The notes below the pieces were generated by a model, which did no database searches, had not been told where the DNA came from, and was given only the letters and a program-made list of their open reading frames with translations. Shown one piece after another: positions 9,229 through 17,289 of a DNA stretch of 55,634 nucleotides; position 1 is the first letter of the stretch, and the number at the start of each line of letters is the position of its first letter. The stretch comes from Candidatus Eiseniibacteriota bacterium (GTDB taxonomy: Bacteria > Joyebacterota > Joyebacteria > Joyebacterales > Joyebacteraceae), in contig JAUWLR010000002.1 in assembly GCA_030613615.1 (NCBI GenBank), positions 1 through 55,634 on the forward strand. Reading direction: 5' to 3'. The translations under genes were made by a program, and so were the position numbers.

Positions 9229-9924
9229 TCAGTGCGAGAGCGCGTAGACCACGATATTGATGCCCATCCTGAGCGCCGCCTCGTGCTTCTCCGGCGGGTC
9301 GTTATGGACCTCGGCGTCCTCGAGGCCGTCGCCTACGTCCGTGTTGAAGCTGTAGAACAGCACGAGGCGGCCGTCCAGGAACGCACCGTATCCGTGCGGC
9401 GGACCCCCGTCGTGCTCGTGGATCTTCGGGAGTCCCTCGGGAAACTCGTAGAACGAGTGGTAGATCTCGTGATCGAACGGAAGCTCGACGAGCGGAGACC
9501 CCGGCAACACTCGGTCCATCTGCGTGCGGAAGTGCCGGTCCATCCCGTAATTGTCGTCCGCCCACAAGAACCCGCCGCGCTCGAAGTACTTGCGCAGAGC
9601 AGCGACTTCATCGCCCGTGAAGACGATCCTGCCGTGTCCCGTCATGTGGATCATCGGATAGATGAAGAGCTCGTCGTCGTCGGCCGCCACGGTGGCCGGT
9701 CTCTCCGCCACGTCCAGATCGCTGCGGCTCGAGACCGCCGCGAGTAGATTGGGTAGCGCTGTGGGATTGGCGTACCAGTCGCCTCCCCCGCGATACTTGA
9801 GCTGGGCGATAGTGAAACCGGCCGACGAGTCCGCGCCGGGACAGCTCTCCGTCAGTAGGGCTCCTGTCAGAAGGACACAGAGGAGAACCACGAGCGAGCC
9901 GGTGAGTGGGTTGCGGTGCGTCAT
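9229..9924 (-). CDS. DUF4159 domain-containing secreted protein
   Basis: ATG at 9924 is preceded by GGAGGTAGGAGG. Signal peptide present. The motif FTIAQLKYRGGGDWYANPTALPNLL and the rest of the sequence match my memory of DUF4159. Confidence 0.7.
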   Translation of the reverse strand: MTHRNPLTGSLVVLLCVLLTGALLTESCPGADSSAGFTIAQLKYRGGGDWYANPTALPNLLAAVSSRSDLDVAERPATVAADDDELFIYPMIHMTGHGRIVFTGDEVAALRKYFERGGFLWADDNYGMDRHFRTQMDRVLPGSPLVELPFDHEIYHSFYEFPEGLPKIHEHDGGPPHGYGAFLDGRLVLFYSFNTDVGDGLEDAEVHNDPPEKHEAALRMGINIVVYALSH

Positions 9925-9954
9925 CCTCCTACCTCCGCCACGGTGTCCGGTGTG

Positions 9955-10002
9955 GACGGTGCCTCATGTGGGTGGTGCCTCATGTCGACGGTGCCTCTTA
10001 TG
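9955..10002. repeat. Three tandem 16-nt direct repeats in the leader of the DUF4159 operon
   Basis: gacggtgcctcatgtg (9955-9970), ggtggtgcctcatgtc (9971-9986) and gacggtgcctcttatg (9987-10002). On the mRNA strand each unit reads CA(U/A)(G/A)AGGCACC. The repeats lie 31-78 nt upstream of the ATG at 9924. Confidence 0.6.
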
Positions 10003-10063
10003 GATAGACGCGCCCGCGCCTGAAGCGTTCACCGCGAATCCACCCGCGCCTTCCATCTGTTCC

Positions 10064-10092
10064 ATTCTAACCTCCACCGGTGTCGCGGACAA
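10064..10092 (-). promoter_or_regulatory. Sigma70-type promoter candidate for the DUF4159 operon (TTGTCC-17-TAGAAT)
   Basis: On the minus strand, the -35 TTGTCC is at 10087-10092 and the -10 TAGAAT at 10064-10069, with a 17-nt spacer. AT-rich hexamers are rare in this GC-rich DNA. Confidence 0.4.
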
Positions 10093-10125
10093 AGCGGTGA
10101 GACTACCTCTCTCCGCCATGTACGC

Positions 10126-10154
10126 CGGGGGCCCGCCACACAGGCGAGCCCCCG
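10126..10154 (-). terminator. Hairpin downstream of secF (terminator-like)
   Basis: CGGGGGCCCGCC-ACACA-GGCGAGCCCCCG forms an 11-bp stem with one mismatch, 43 nt after the secF stop. There is no clear U-tract. Confidence 0.35.
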
Positions 10155-10196
10155 ATGCCAAATCGACCTGACGGTCCGTATGGTCCCGACCATTCT

Positions 10197-11108
10197 CTAC
10201 CTGTTGTGCCTGCGCTTTCTCCGCCCCTCAGCGCGGATGTCCCATTCGACGACGAGCGGGCTCGCCACGTAGAGCGACGAGTAGGTGCCTACAACGCCCC
10301 CGATCATCAGCGCGAAGGCGAAGTCGCGAATCACCTCTCCGCCGAGGAAGAAGACACAAAGCACCACGAGAAGCGTCGTCAGCGACGTGACGATGGTCCT
10401 CGAGAGGGACTCGTTCAGGCTTGTGTTCACGATCTCGACGAAGCTCTTCCCGTAGAGCTTCCGTCGGTCCTCGCGAATCCTGTCGTAGATGACGATCGTG
10501 TCGTTGAGCGAGTAGCCGACGACGGTGAGGAACGCGGCAATGACGGGCAGCGACAGCTCCCTTCCCGTCAGTGAGAACATGCCGAGCACTATCAGAACAT
10601 CGTGGACCAGGGCCGCCACGGCGCCGACCGCGAACTTGAACTCGAACCTGAGTGAAATATAGATGAGGATGCCGAACAGCGCGTACAGGATCGCCAGAGT
10701 CGCTTTCTTCCTGAGCTCGCCGCCCACCTTCGGGCCGACCAGCTCCTGCCGCCGCACGTCCGCCTGATTGTCCGGGTTGGCCTCGTTCAGCGCCTGCAGG
10801 ATGGCCCCCGTCAGATCCTCCCCTCCCTGGTCCCGGGTCCTGATGATGGCCTCCCGGCCGCTTCCGAAGTGCTGGATCTCGGCGTCGGCAAGCCCTATCT
10901 CCGCGAGCGTCTCGCGGATACTCTCGGCGGCTATGGGCTGCTCGAACTGCACCTGAAGCAGGATCCCGCCCTCGAAGTCGATGCCAAGCTTCGGACCGCC
11001 CTGAATCACGAGAGAGATGAGGCCGACCGCGATCACCACCGCCGACAGGATGAAGGCGCCCTTGCGGTGCCCGAGGAAATTGATGTGTGTCCCTACGAGA
11101 AACTCCAT
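10197..11108 (-). CDS. secF: Protein translocase subunit SecF
   Basis: Family-typical sequence: INFLGHRKGAFILSAVVIAVGLISL, LGIDFEGG, and the C-terminal six-TM block with VGYSLNDTIVIYDRIRE. GGAGGA lies upstream of the ATG. It directly follows secD. Confidence 0.9.
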   Translation of the reverse strand: MEFLVGTHINFLGHRKGAFILSAVVIAVGLISLVIQGGPKLGIDFEGGILLQVQFEQPIAAESIRETLAEIGLADAEIQHFGSGREAIIRTRDQGGEDLTGAILQALNEANPDNQADVRRQELVGPKVGGELRKKATLAILYALFGILIYISLRFEFKFAVGAVAALVHDVLIVLGMFSLTGRELSLPVIAAFLTVVGYSLNDTIVIYDRIREDRRKLYGKSFVEIVNTSLNESLSRTIVTSLTTLLVVLCVFFLGGEVIRDFAFALMIGGVVGTYSSLYVASPLVVEWDIRAEGRRKRRHNR

Positions 11109-11173
11109 GCCTTGTCCTCCACTGCCCGGTCAGCTATGCGCGACGCCGGGCGCGATACTGCGCTCACCCGCGC

Positions 11174-12820
11174 CTATATGCTCAGGTGCTTGACGTTCCA
11201 CTTGACGGTGATCAGATCGAACACAACTCGCGTTCCCACGATGGCGGTGAACATGCTGGCGATAATGCCGAGCGAGAGCGTCACGGCAAATCCCTTGATG
11301 GGACCGCTCCCGAACCACAGGAGGACAGCCGCCGCGATCAGGGTCGTAATGTTGGCATCCATGATGGTCGTGAACGCGCGCTCGTATCCGTCGCGAATCG
11401 CGGCGCGGACGGTCTTGTTGTTTCTGAGTTCCTCGCGAATTCTCTCGAAGATCAGCACGTTCGCGTCGACCGCCATCCCGATAGTCAGGATGATGCCTGC
11501 AAGTCCAGGGAGCGTCAGCGCCGGCTTCGGGCTGACGGGAAGACTGGACATGAACGCAACGATCAGGAAGATGTTGCTCCCCAGCGCGCCGACCGCGATG
11601 GCGCCCGCCGCCCGGTAGTAGATGAGCATGAAGAGAACGACAAGAACGCCGCCTATCAGCATCGCGCGCACGCCGAACTTGATGGAGTCCCGTCCGAGCG
11701 ACGGACCGACGGTCCTCTCCTCGACGATCTTCATCGGCGCCGGCAGCTTGCCCGCACGGAGGAGGATCATCAGATCGCGGGCTTCCTCGTCCGTGAAGTT
11801 GCCCGTGATGGATGTCGGCGTACCCGCCGGGATCCTCGATTTGATAACGGGAGCTTTCTGAACGACTCCGTCGAGCACGAGGGCGAGATACTCGCCTATG
11901 TGGGCACCGGTGTGAGCAGCGAAGACGCGGCCGCCCTCACGCGAGAGCCGGAGTTGGACGCCCGGCGAGTTGGGGTAGTCCGGATCCAGACCGGGCCTGA
12001 CGGTCGCATCGGCGACCACGGACCCCGTCATCAGAGCCTCCGCGTCCATGACGTAGAACGGAAGATACTCGTTGTTGTCCGGGCCGGTTCTGGACTCCTC
12101 GCCCCAGCCCAGTCTGTACCTCGGATCGCCCGGCTTGTCCTCATCCGACGGCAGGATCTCACCGAGGTCGAGAAGGGCCACCTGCTCTTTCACCCACGCA
12201 ACGTCGTCTATCGGGACGAACGGCAACTCAAACATAAATCTCACGCGTGAGGAGAAGGGGTGTTCGCGCGCAAGCCTCTCCGTCTCGGACTCAGGAAGCC
12301 CCTCGGGCGGCTCGGCCGAGAGCTCGCCCATGGCGATCAGCGTGTCGGCGAGCGCTCTGTCAAGAGCCCGCATGACGAGGTCGGTCTGCTCCGCCGGAGC
12401 GATGGCCACGAACTCGAGTAGCGCGGTTCTGCCGATGAGATTCTTCGCGCGCTGCTCATCCTGTAGACCCGGCAGCTGCACGATGATCCGGTTGTCGCCT
12501 TCGCGCTGTATGGACGGCTCGGCCACTCCGAACTGGTCGATCCTGTTGCTGATGACCTCGAGCGCTCGTTCCATCGCGTCCTGGGCCTCGTCCGCCGGCA
12601 ACCCTTCCTTGTCCACCTCGAGGACCAGGTGCATTCCACCCTTGAGATCCAGTCCGAGCTGCAGCGACCGGCTCTCGAGGGCCTCCACCTGCTCGGTCTC
12701 CATCCCGGCCTTGTCCTCGTCGGTGAGCGACAGGAACCGGAACGTGTATGAGGCCTTCCAGGCGGAGAACACGAGGATGACCAGCACAAGTACGATCTTC
12801 CACCTCATCTTAGACGTCAT
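11174..12820 (-). CDS. secD: Protein translocase subunit SecD
   Basis: MRWKIVLVLVILVFSAW, LGLDLKGGMHLVLEVD, GPSLGRDSI and AVDANVLIFERIREE are typical SecD blocks. GGAGGGG lies upstream of the ATG. Confidence 0.9.
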   Translation of the reverse strand: MTSKMRWKIVLVLVILVFSAWKASYTFRFLSLTDEDKAGMETEQVEALESRSLQLGLDLKGGMHLVLEVDKEGLPADEAQDAMERALEVISNRIDQFGVAEPSIQREGDNRIIVQLPGLQDEQRAKNLIGRTALLEFVAIAPAEQTDLVMRALDRALADTLIAMGELSAEPPEGLPESETERLAREHPFSSRVRFMFELPFVPIDDVAWVKEQVALLDLGEILPSDEDKPGDPRYRLGWGEESRTGPDNNEYLPFYVMDAEALMTGSVVADATVRPGLDPDYPNSPGVQLRLSREGGRVFAAHTGAHIGEYLALVLDGVVQKAPVIKSRIPAGTPTSITGNFTDEEARDLMILLRAGKLPAPMKIVEERTVGPSLGRDSIKFGVRAMLIGGVLVVLFMLIYYRAAGAIAVGALGSNIFLIVAFMSSLPVSPKPALTLPGLAGIILTIGMAVDANVLIFERIREELRNNKTVRAAIRDGYERAFTTIMDANITTLIAAAVLLWFGSGPIKGFAVTLSLGIIASMFTAIVGTRVVFDLITVKWNVKHLSI

Positions 12821-12900
12821 GTTTACCCCTCCGGGTACTCTGAAACGGGCCCGGGTAGCTTAAGCCCGGGCGAGGTGTTCTTTTCGTAGGACAACACTTG

Positions 12901-12929
12901 ATGGTAACCCGTAAGATGCGGCTGGTCAA
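12901..12929 (-). promoter_or_regulatory. Sigma70-type promoter candidate for secDF (TTGACC-17-TACCAT)
   Basis: On the minus strand, the -35 TTGACC is at 12924-12929 and the -10 TACCAT at 12901-12906, with a 17-nt spacer. The predicted ~75-nt leader contains a 7-bp hairpin (12849-12871). Confidence 0.4.
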
Positions 12930-12983
12930 CGGGAAATGGCCCCCGGTTGAGGCAACGCATGCGTACATTGTGACCCACGCGGC

Positions 12984-13015
12984 GGGGGGAGGCGGCTCTG
13001 GCGCCGCCTCCCCCC
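12984..13015 (-). terminator. Perfect 13-bp GC hairpin downstream of the beta-helix gene
   Basis: ggggggaggcggc (12984-12996), tctggc, gccgcctcccccc (13003-13015). It lies 42 nt after the stop at 13057. No U-tract. Confidence 0.4.
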
Positions 13016-13056
13016 TGTCGAAGCTGAAGGGACCAGGGAGTGGTCCCCGATGTGAC

Positions 13057-14310
13057 CTACCTGTACATCGCCTTGATGGTCGCCCACGACGTGGACTCGA
13101 CCGCCACGGCGCCGCTGCATCCCTCGCCGAACGCCCCGATCTGCTCGCCCCATGGGTTGTTCGGCGGCAGACAGACCGATATCTCGTCGAGCGTCAGATC
13201 CCCGAGCAACATATCGCAGAAGTAGGGGTTCTCGTAGAGGATGTCGCTGTAGGTCCCGCAGGGGTCGTTCCCGACCACGTTTCCGTAGAAACAGCACCTG
13301 GTCACAGTGGGGGCGCCACCCGCGTCGCACGTCATCGCAGGTCCGCTGCCGAAGGCGACTATGCAGTAGGTCATGATCATGTCGCCCTGCGGCGGTCCGC
13401 AGAAAATGCCACTGCCTGTTGGTGACCACCCGCCGACGAACGTGCAGTACTGGACGTCGGCCCGCGTTCCGCACGCGTAGCCGGCCCCCCGGAAGCTCGC
13501 GGTGTTGTCGTAGAACAGGCAGTATCTGAGCGTGACCAAGCCAGAAACCCCACTCCCCAGGCCCCCACCACTGTACGCGGTGTTCCGGGAGAAGACCGAG
13601 CTTGTGATGGTCACCGCCGAGTTCTCACACCTCAACCCGGCGCTGTACTCTGCGGCGTTGTCCTCGAAGACCGTCCCGTCGACCGCGGCCGTGCTGCCGG
13701 CCCGAAGCATGACGCCGCCACCAAGGTGCCCCTGGTTGCCCTCAAAGAGGCAGGCCTTGAGGTCTACTGAAGAGTAGTCGGAGCACCGGATCCCACCGCC
13801 TGCGGCGCTCGCGAAGTTCTCCCTGAACGCACAGCCGATGAGCGTCGGCGCCGCGCTAAGGACGCAGTCCATACCCGCGCCGCGCGATGCCGAGCACTCC
13901 ATGATCTCACAATTCACGATCGTCGGGGACGCGCCACTACAGTAGATGCCGCCGCCGTCGCTGGCCGCGCCGCGGCGCATGACAAGTCCCTCAATCCGTG
14001 CAGCTGGTCCCTCTCCGTTCTCGAAGATGAAGCAGCGCCCCTGCATTTCCGCGTCGACAACCACCGGGTCGGCGGCGACCATCGCCACGACAACGATGTC
14101 CTTGCCCAAGAAACTGAGGTCCCGGTTGAGCCCGCCGGTGTAGACCCCAGGGGCCACGAGAACAGTCTCCCCGGGGGCCGCGGCGTAAATCCCCTGTGCC
14201 AGCGTCAGGTAGTCTCCGCCACCGTTCAGGTCCACCACAATGGTCGTCGCTGTCGCCGGAAGCGCAGCAAGGAGGAGAAGAGCCACACCTATAAGAACTG
14301 CCCGTGCCAT
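13057..14310 (-). CDS. Secreted right-handed parallel beta-helix repeat protein with a Cys-rich C-terminus and a ...SWATIKAMYR tail
   Basis: Signal MARAVLIGVALLLLAALPATA. Repeated ~22-aa units (GGGIYCSGASPTIVNCEI, GAGMDCVLSAAPTLIGCAF, GGGIRCSDYSSVDLKACLF, GGGVMLRAGSTAAVDGTVF and so on) are typical of pectate-lyase-fold repeats. Confidence 0.7.
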   Translation of the reverse strand: MARAVLIGVALLLLAALPATATTIVVDLNGGGDYLTLAQGIYAAAPGETVLVAPGVYTGGLNRDLSFLGKDIVVVAMVAADPVVVDAEMQGRCFIFENGEGPAARIEGLVMRRGAASDGGGIYCSGASPTIVNCEIMECSASRGAGMDCVLSAAPTLIGCAFRENFASAAGGGIRCSDYSSVDLKACLFEGNQGHLGGGVMLRAGSTAAVDGTVFEDNAAEYSAGLRCENSAVTITSSVFSRNTAYSGGGLGSGVSGLVTLRYCLFYDNTASFRGAGYACGTRADVQYCTFVGGWSPTGSGIFCGPPQGDMIMTYCIVAFGSGPAMTCDAGGAPTVTRCCFYGNVVGNDPCGTYSDILYENPYFCDMLLGDLTLDEISVCLPPNNPWGEQIGAFGEGCSGAVAVESTSWATIKAMYR

Positions 14311-14422
14311 ACCAACCCTCCCTTCTCTTCGAGGTGCAGAGCCTCAACACGAGGAGTCGACAGGCTCTCACCTCTCACGCCAGTGATGCGAGTCCGGTCA
14401 CAATACTTGCCGAGTAGTAGCA

Positions 14423-14452
14423 AGTTTAGCAAACGCAGGCCCCTCCTGTCAA
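14423..14452 (-). promoter_or_regulatory. Sigma70-type promoter candidate for the beta-helix gene (TTGACA-18-TAAACT)
   Basis: On the minus strand, the consensus -35 TTGACA is at 14447-14452 and the -10 TAAACT at 14423-14428, with an 18-nt spacer. Confidence 0.4.
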
Positions 14453-14513
14453 TGCTCCCGGCGACTCCCCCCGCGCACCCGCCTCCGGAACGCCCGTGCA
14501 GGGCAGAAACGGC

Positions 14514-14542
14514 TTGCCGTCCGTGTGGCGGCCTCATAAACT
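14514..14542 (+). promoter_or_regulatory. Sigma70-type promoter candidate for the methyltransferase gene (TTGCCG-17-TAAACT)
   Basis: On the plus strand, the -35 is at 14514-14519 and the -10 at 14537-14542, with a 17-nt spacer, about 45 nt upstream of the ATG at 14591. It is divergent from the promoter at 14423-14452. Confidence 0.35.
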
Positions 14543-14590
14543 CGCCTCCACGGCTAACCAAACCTGCTTCTTGAGCTTCGGAGCGTGCCA

Positions 14591-15295
14591 ATGTCCACCG
14601 AGTGGTCGTCCTTCTGGCTCGACGTCCGCAATCTCCACTGGGGCGCGGTCGACGAGGTCATCCTCGAGAGGATCGCGAACGCGTTGGGCTGGGGGCCCGA
14701 GCGCAGCCTTCTCGAATTCGGCGCAGGGCGCGGCCTTCACAGCAAGCGTCTGTACGAAACCATGAGATGCGCCGACCCGGACGTTCACGACCCCTGCCGC
14801 GAGTCGCACGAGTTCATGAAGCGGGCGGGACTGAACGCCATCATGGAGGACGCAGGACTGAAGGCTGAGTACGACATCGTCTGGTCGAACGGACTCGTCG
14901 AGCACTTCGAGGGCGACGAGCGGCAGACGATCGTAGCAAAGCACTTCCGGTTCTCGGGGGATTGGGTTCTCCTCATCATCCCGCGAAAGAACTGGCAGAG
15001 ACGGCTCTTCCGGCCACGCAAGGGCGTCCCGCACCAGACTGAGTACACGAATGAGGAACTCGAGGAGCGCATGCGAAACGCCGCCGTGGAGGCCTGGGGC
15101 CAACCGCCGGCGACGCTCGTCGTAGATTCGTTCTGTCCCTTCTTCGCCGTCAGGCACATCCCGGACGCGTGGTATCCAGTGCTGGACAAGCTCCTGGGCT
15201 GGGCGCTTCCAGACGGACTCTTAATCGGGTGGGCGAGGAAGGCCGGGAACCCGGAGCCTACTCCCGAGCCTCCAGTAGAGCAACCATCTCCCTGA
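14591..15295 (+). CDS. Class I SAM-dependent methyltransferase
   Basis: Motif I LLEFGAGRGLHS and post-I/II-like blocks (DIVWSNGLVEHF). ATG at 14591 with GGAG 7 nt upstream; the tracked ORF starts at GTG 14585. Confidence 0.65.
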   Translation: MSTEWSSFWLDVRNLHWGAVDEVILERIANALGWGPERSLLEFGAGRGLHSKRLYETMRCADPDVHDPCRESHEFMKRAGLNAIMEDAGLKAEYDIVWSNGLVEHFEGDERQTIVAKHFRFSGDWVLLIIPRKNWQRRLFRPRKGVPHQTEYTNEELEERMRNAAVEAWGQPPATLVVDSFCPFFAVRHIPDAWYPVLDKLLGWALPDGLLIGWARKAGNPEPTPEPPVEQPSP

Positions 15296-15977
15296 CAGCG
15301 AGATCCATCCCGACCAGCACGGCGCGTGACACGACGCTGTGCCCTATGCTCAGTTCCTCAATCTCATCGATCCCCGCTATCGCCTGCACGTTCCTGTAGG
15401 TGAGACCGTGCCCCCCGTGCGCTCTGAGTCCCATCTCTCTCGCCGCGATGGCGGCCACCCTCACCTTTTCAAACTCCCTCTGGATCTCATCCGGATCGGT
15501 GGCCTCCGCGAAGATACCGGTGTGGATCTCGACGATGTCTGCTCCTACCGCCTTCGCGCGCCCTACCTGCACGACATCCGGGTCGATGAAGAGACTGACC
15601 GTGATCCCGCTCTCCTTGAGCTTCGCCACGGCATCCCGCAGCTGCGACTCCTCCGCCATGACGTCGAGGCCGCCCTGCGTCGTCAGTTCTCCATCCCCTT
15701 CGGGCACCAGCGTGCACATGCCCGGACGAATCTCGAGGGCCGTCGCGAGCAGCTCCGCGGTCGCTTTCATCTCCAGGTTCAGAACTCCCGCCACGGTCTT
15801 CTTCAGAAGCAGAACATCGCGGTCCTGGATGTGCCGTCTGTCACCGCGAAGGTGGACCGTAATCCCGCACGCCCCCGCCAGCTCCGCCTGCGCCGCGGCC
15901 CATACCGGATCCGGCTCGTCGGCCATCCTCGCCTGCCTGATGGTCGCGACGTGATCGACGTTGACCGACAATCTCAT
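15258..15977 (-). CDS. pdxJ: Pyridoxine 5'-phosphate synthase
   Basis: MRLSVNVDHVATIRQAR..., ITVHLRGDRRHIQDRDV and ...HTG... with EELSIGHSVVSRAV are typical PdxJ blocks. 239 aa. Confidence 0.9.
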   Translation of the reverse strand: MRLSVNVDHVATIRQARMADEPDPVWAAAQAELAGACGITVHLRGDRRHIQDRDVLLLKKTVAGVLNLEMKATAELLATALEIRPGMCTLVPEGDGELTTQGGLDVMAEESQLRDAVAKLKESGITVSLFIDPDVVQVGRAKAVGADIVEIHTGIFAEATDPDEIQREFEKVRVAAIAAREMGLRAHGGHGLTYRNVQAIAGIDEIEELSIGHSVVSRAVLVGMDLAVREMVALLEARE

Positions 15978-15991
15978 CGTGTGTGCCCCTC

Positions 15992-17203
15992 CTATCTCAC
16001 CAGCTCGGAGACGAAGACCAGATCGATGCCCTCGCGCTCAAGTTCCGGAAGCACCTTCCTGAGCACGCGCAGGGTCTCGGGATGAGGGTGGCCCAGGCCG
16101 ACCGCTTCCCCGCGCTTTCTTGCTATCGCCACCAGCTCGGCGAGCTGTGACTCGACATCGATGCGGCCCTGCTCGTCCACGGGGCTGTCTATGAACATTC
16201 TATTGCGCGTCGTCGGTACGCCGGCGCGTCTCGCCTCCGACACGCCGACGGACTCCGGTGTCGTCATGCTGTCGAGGAAGTAGAGCCCCGCATCTTTCAG
16301 TTTGCGCATCACCACTCTCATGGGGATGTGCTGTGACGTGAACGCCGATCCCATGTGGTTGTTCGCGCCCTCGGCGTGTGGAACGTCGTCGAGCGCGGCG
16401 TCGATTCTCCGCACCAGCTGCTCTTTCGTGTGGTCGTTCATCAGTGCGCCCTCTCCCGGATCGATCTCCGGGTAGCCGCGCGGCTCCATCGGGATGTGGA
16501 CGATTACCTCCTTGCCGGCGCGGTGAGCGGCGTGGGCGATGTCCGTTGTGTGCGGACAGAGGGGAAGCACGGAGATGGTGATGGGAAAATCCAAGTTTAT
16601 CATGCCCATAACCGTTTCGGACCCGCTGTAGCCGAAGTCGTCGATGACTATCGCGATCCTCGGAGTCGATGTTGCGGAGGCGAGGCCGTCCCTTTCGTCC
16701 GCCCCGGCGGACTCCTTGAGCGTCAGACGGTGGGTTTCGATATCACCGTGCCCGATCCACATGACGAGCGTTTTCAGCCCACGGTAGTCCGGGCCCTCAT
16801 CGGCCCCGCGGATGACGCGTCCCCCCGCCCTGCGAACCGCCCGGGTGATGGCGAGATTGCACTCGTAGATGCTGATGTCGTGGGGAATGCGACCGTTCTT
16901 CTCAACGTGCGTCCAGGTGTACCGCCCGTCCTCCCTGTCCTCACGCTCGCTGGTCGCTCCCGAGACACCGAGCTTCACCAGTTCGCCGTCGATGGCGCGC
17001 GTAAGCTCCGTCACGATACCGGTCAGATCACGCGGCCCCCTCAGCTTCGTCGCGAAGGAACCGAGCTTCCCGCCGGATATGAGTTCCAGCCCGCCAAGGA
17101 TGAGGACGAGAGCCGCCGCGATGGTCACGGCCGCTATTCTGATGAGCGAGAAGGTCCTGGCTCGCGCCGCGTTCCGCGCCTTGCGCGACCTGCCCCTTGG
17201 CAT
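15992..17203 (-). CDS. Divergent polysaccharide deacetylase family protein (YibQ-like), membrane-anchored
   Basis: N-terminal TM FSLIRIAAVTIAAALVLILGG. Core blocks are RIAIVIDDFGYS, FPITISVLP, HIPMEP and NNHMGSAFT, as remembered for the YibQ/DUF610 family. Confidence 0.7.
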   Translation of the reverse strand: MPRGRSRKARNAARARTFSLIRIAAVTIAAALVLILGGLELISGGKLGSFATKLRGPRDLTGIVTELTRAIDGELVKLGVSGATSEREDREDGRYTWTHVEKNGRIPHDISIYECNLAITRAVRRAGGRVIRGADEGPDYRGLKTLVMWIGHGDIETHRLTLKESAGADERDGLASATSTPRIAIVIDDFGYSGSETVMGMINLDFPITISVLPLCPHTTDIAHAAHRAGKEVIVHIPMEPRGYPEIDPGEGALMNDHTKEQLVRRIDAALDDVPHAEGANNHMGSAFTSQHIPMRVVMRKLKDAGLYFLDSMTTPESVGVSEARRAGVPTTRNRMFIDSPVDEQGRIDVESQLAELVAIARKRGEAVGLGHPHPETLRVLRKVLPELEREGIDLVFVSELVR

Positions 17204-17289
17204 GTGAGAACACCTCCAGAAGAGAAGCGATCCAGAGCACCGCTCTGGATTCTATGGGCTGCCGCTGGTGCAGTCAAGAACGCCGCCAT

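Noticed and set aside
9964-10161. 65-aa minus-strand ORF in the secF/DUF4159 intergenic region
   Set aside because: It spans the predicted promoter and the terminator hairpin, has no SD, and has Ala/Gly-rich composition. It is probably non-coding.
12849-12890. Hairpin GCCCGGG-N9-CCCGGGC followed by a T-run on the plus strand, resembling a plus-strand intrinsic terminator
   Set aside because: There is no plus-strand gene upstream to terminate. It lies within the predicted secD leader on the minus strand, so it is more likely a leader structure or coincidental.
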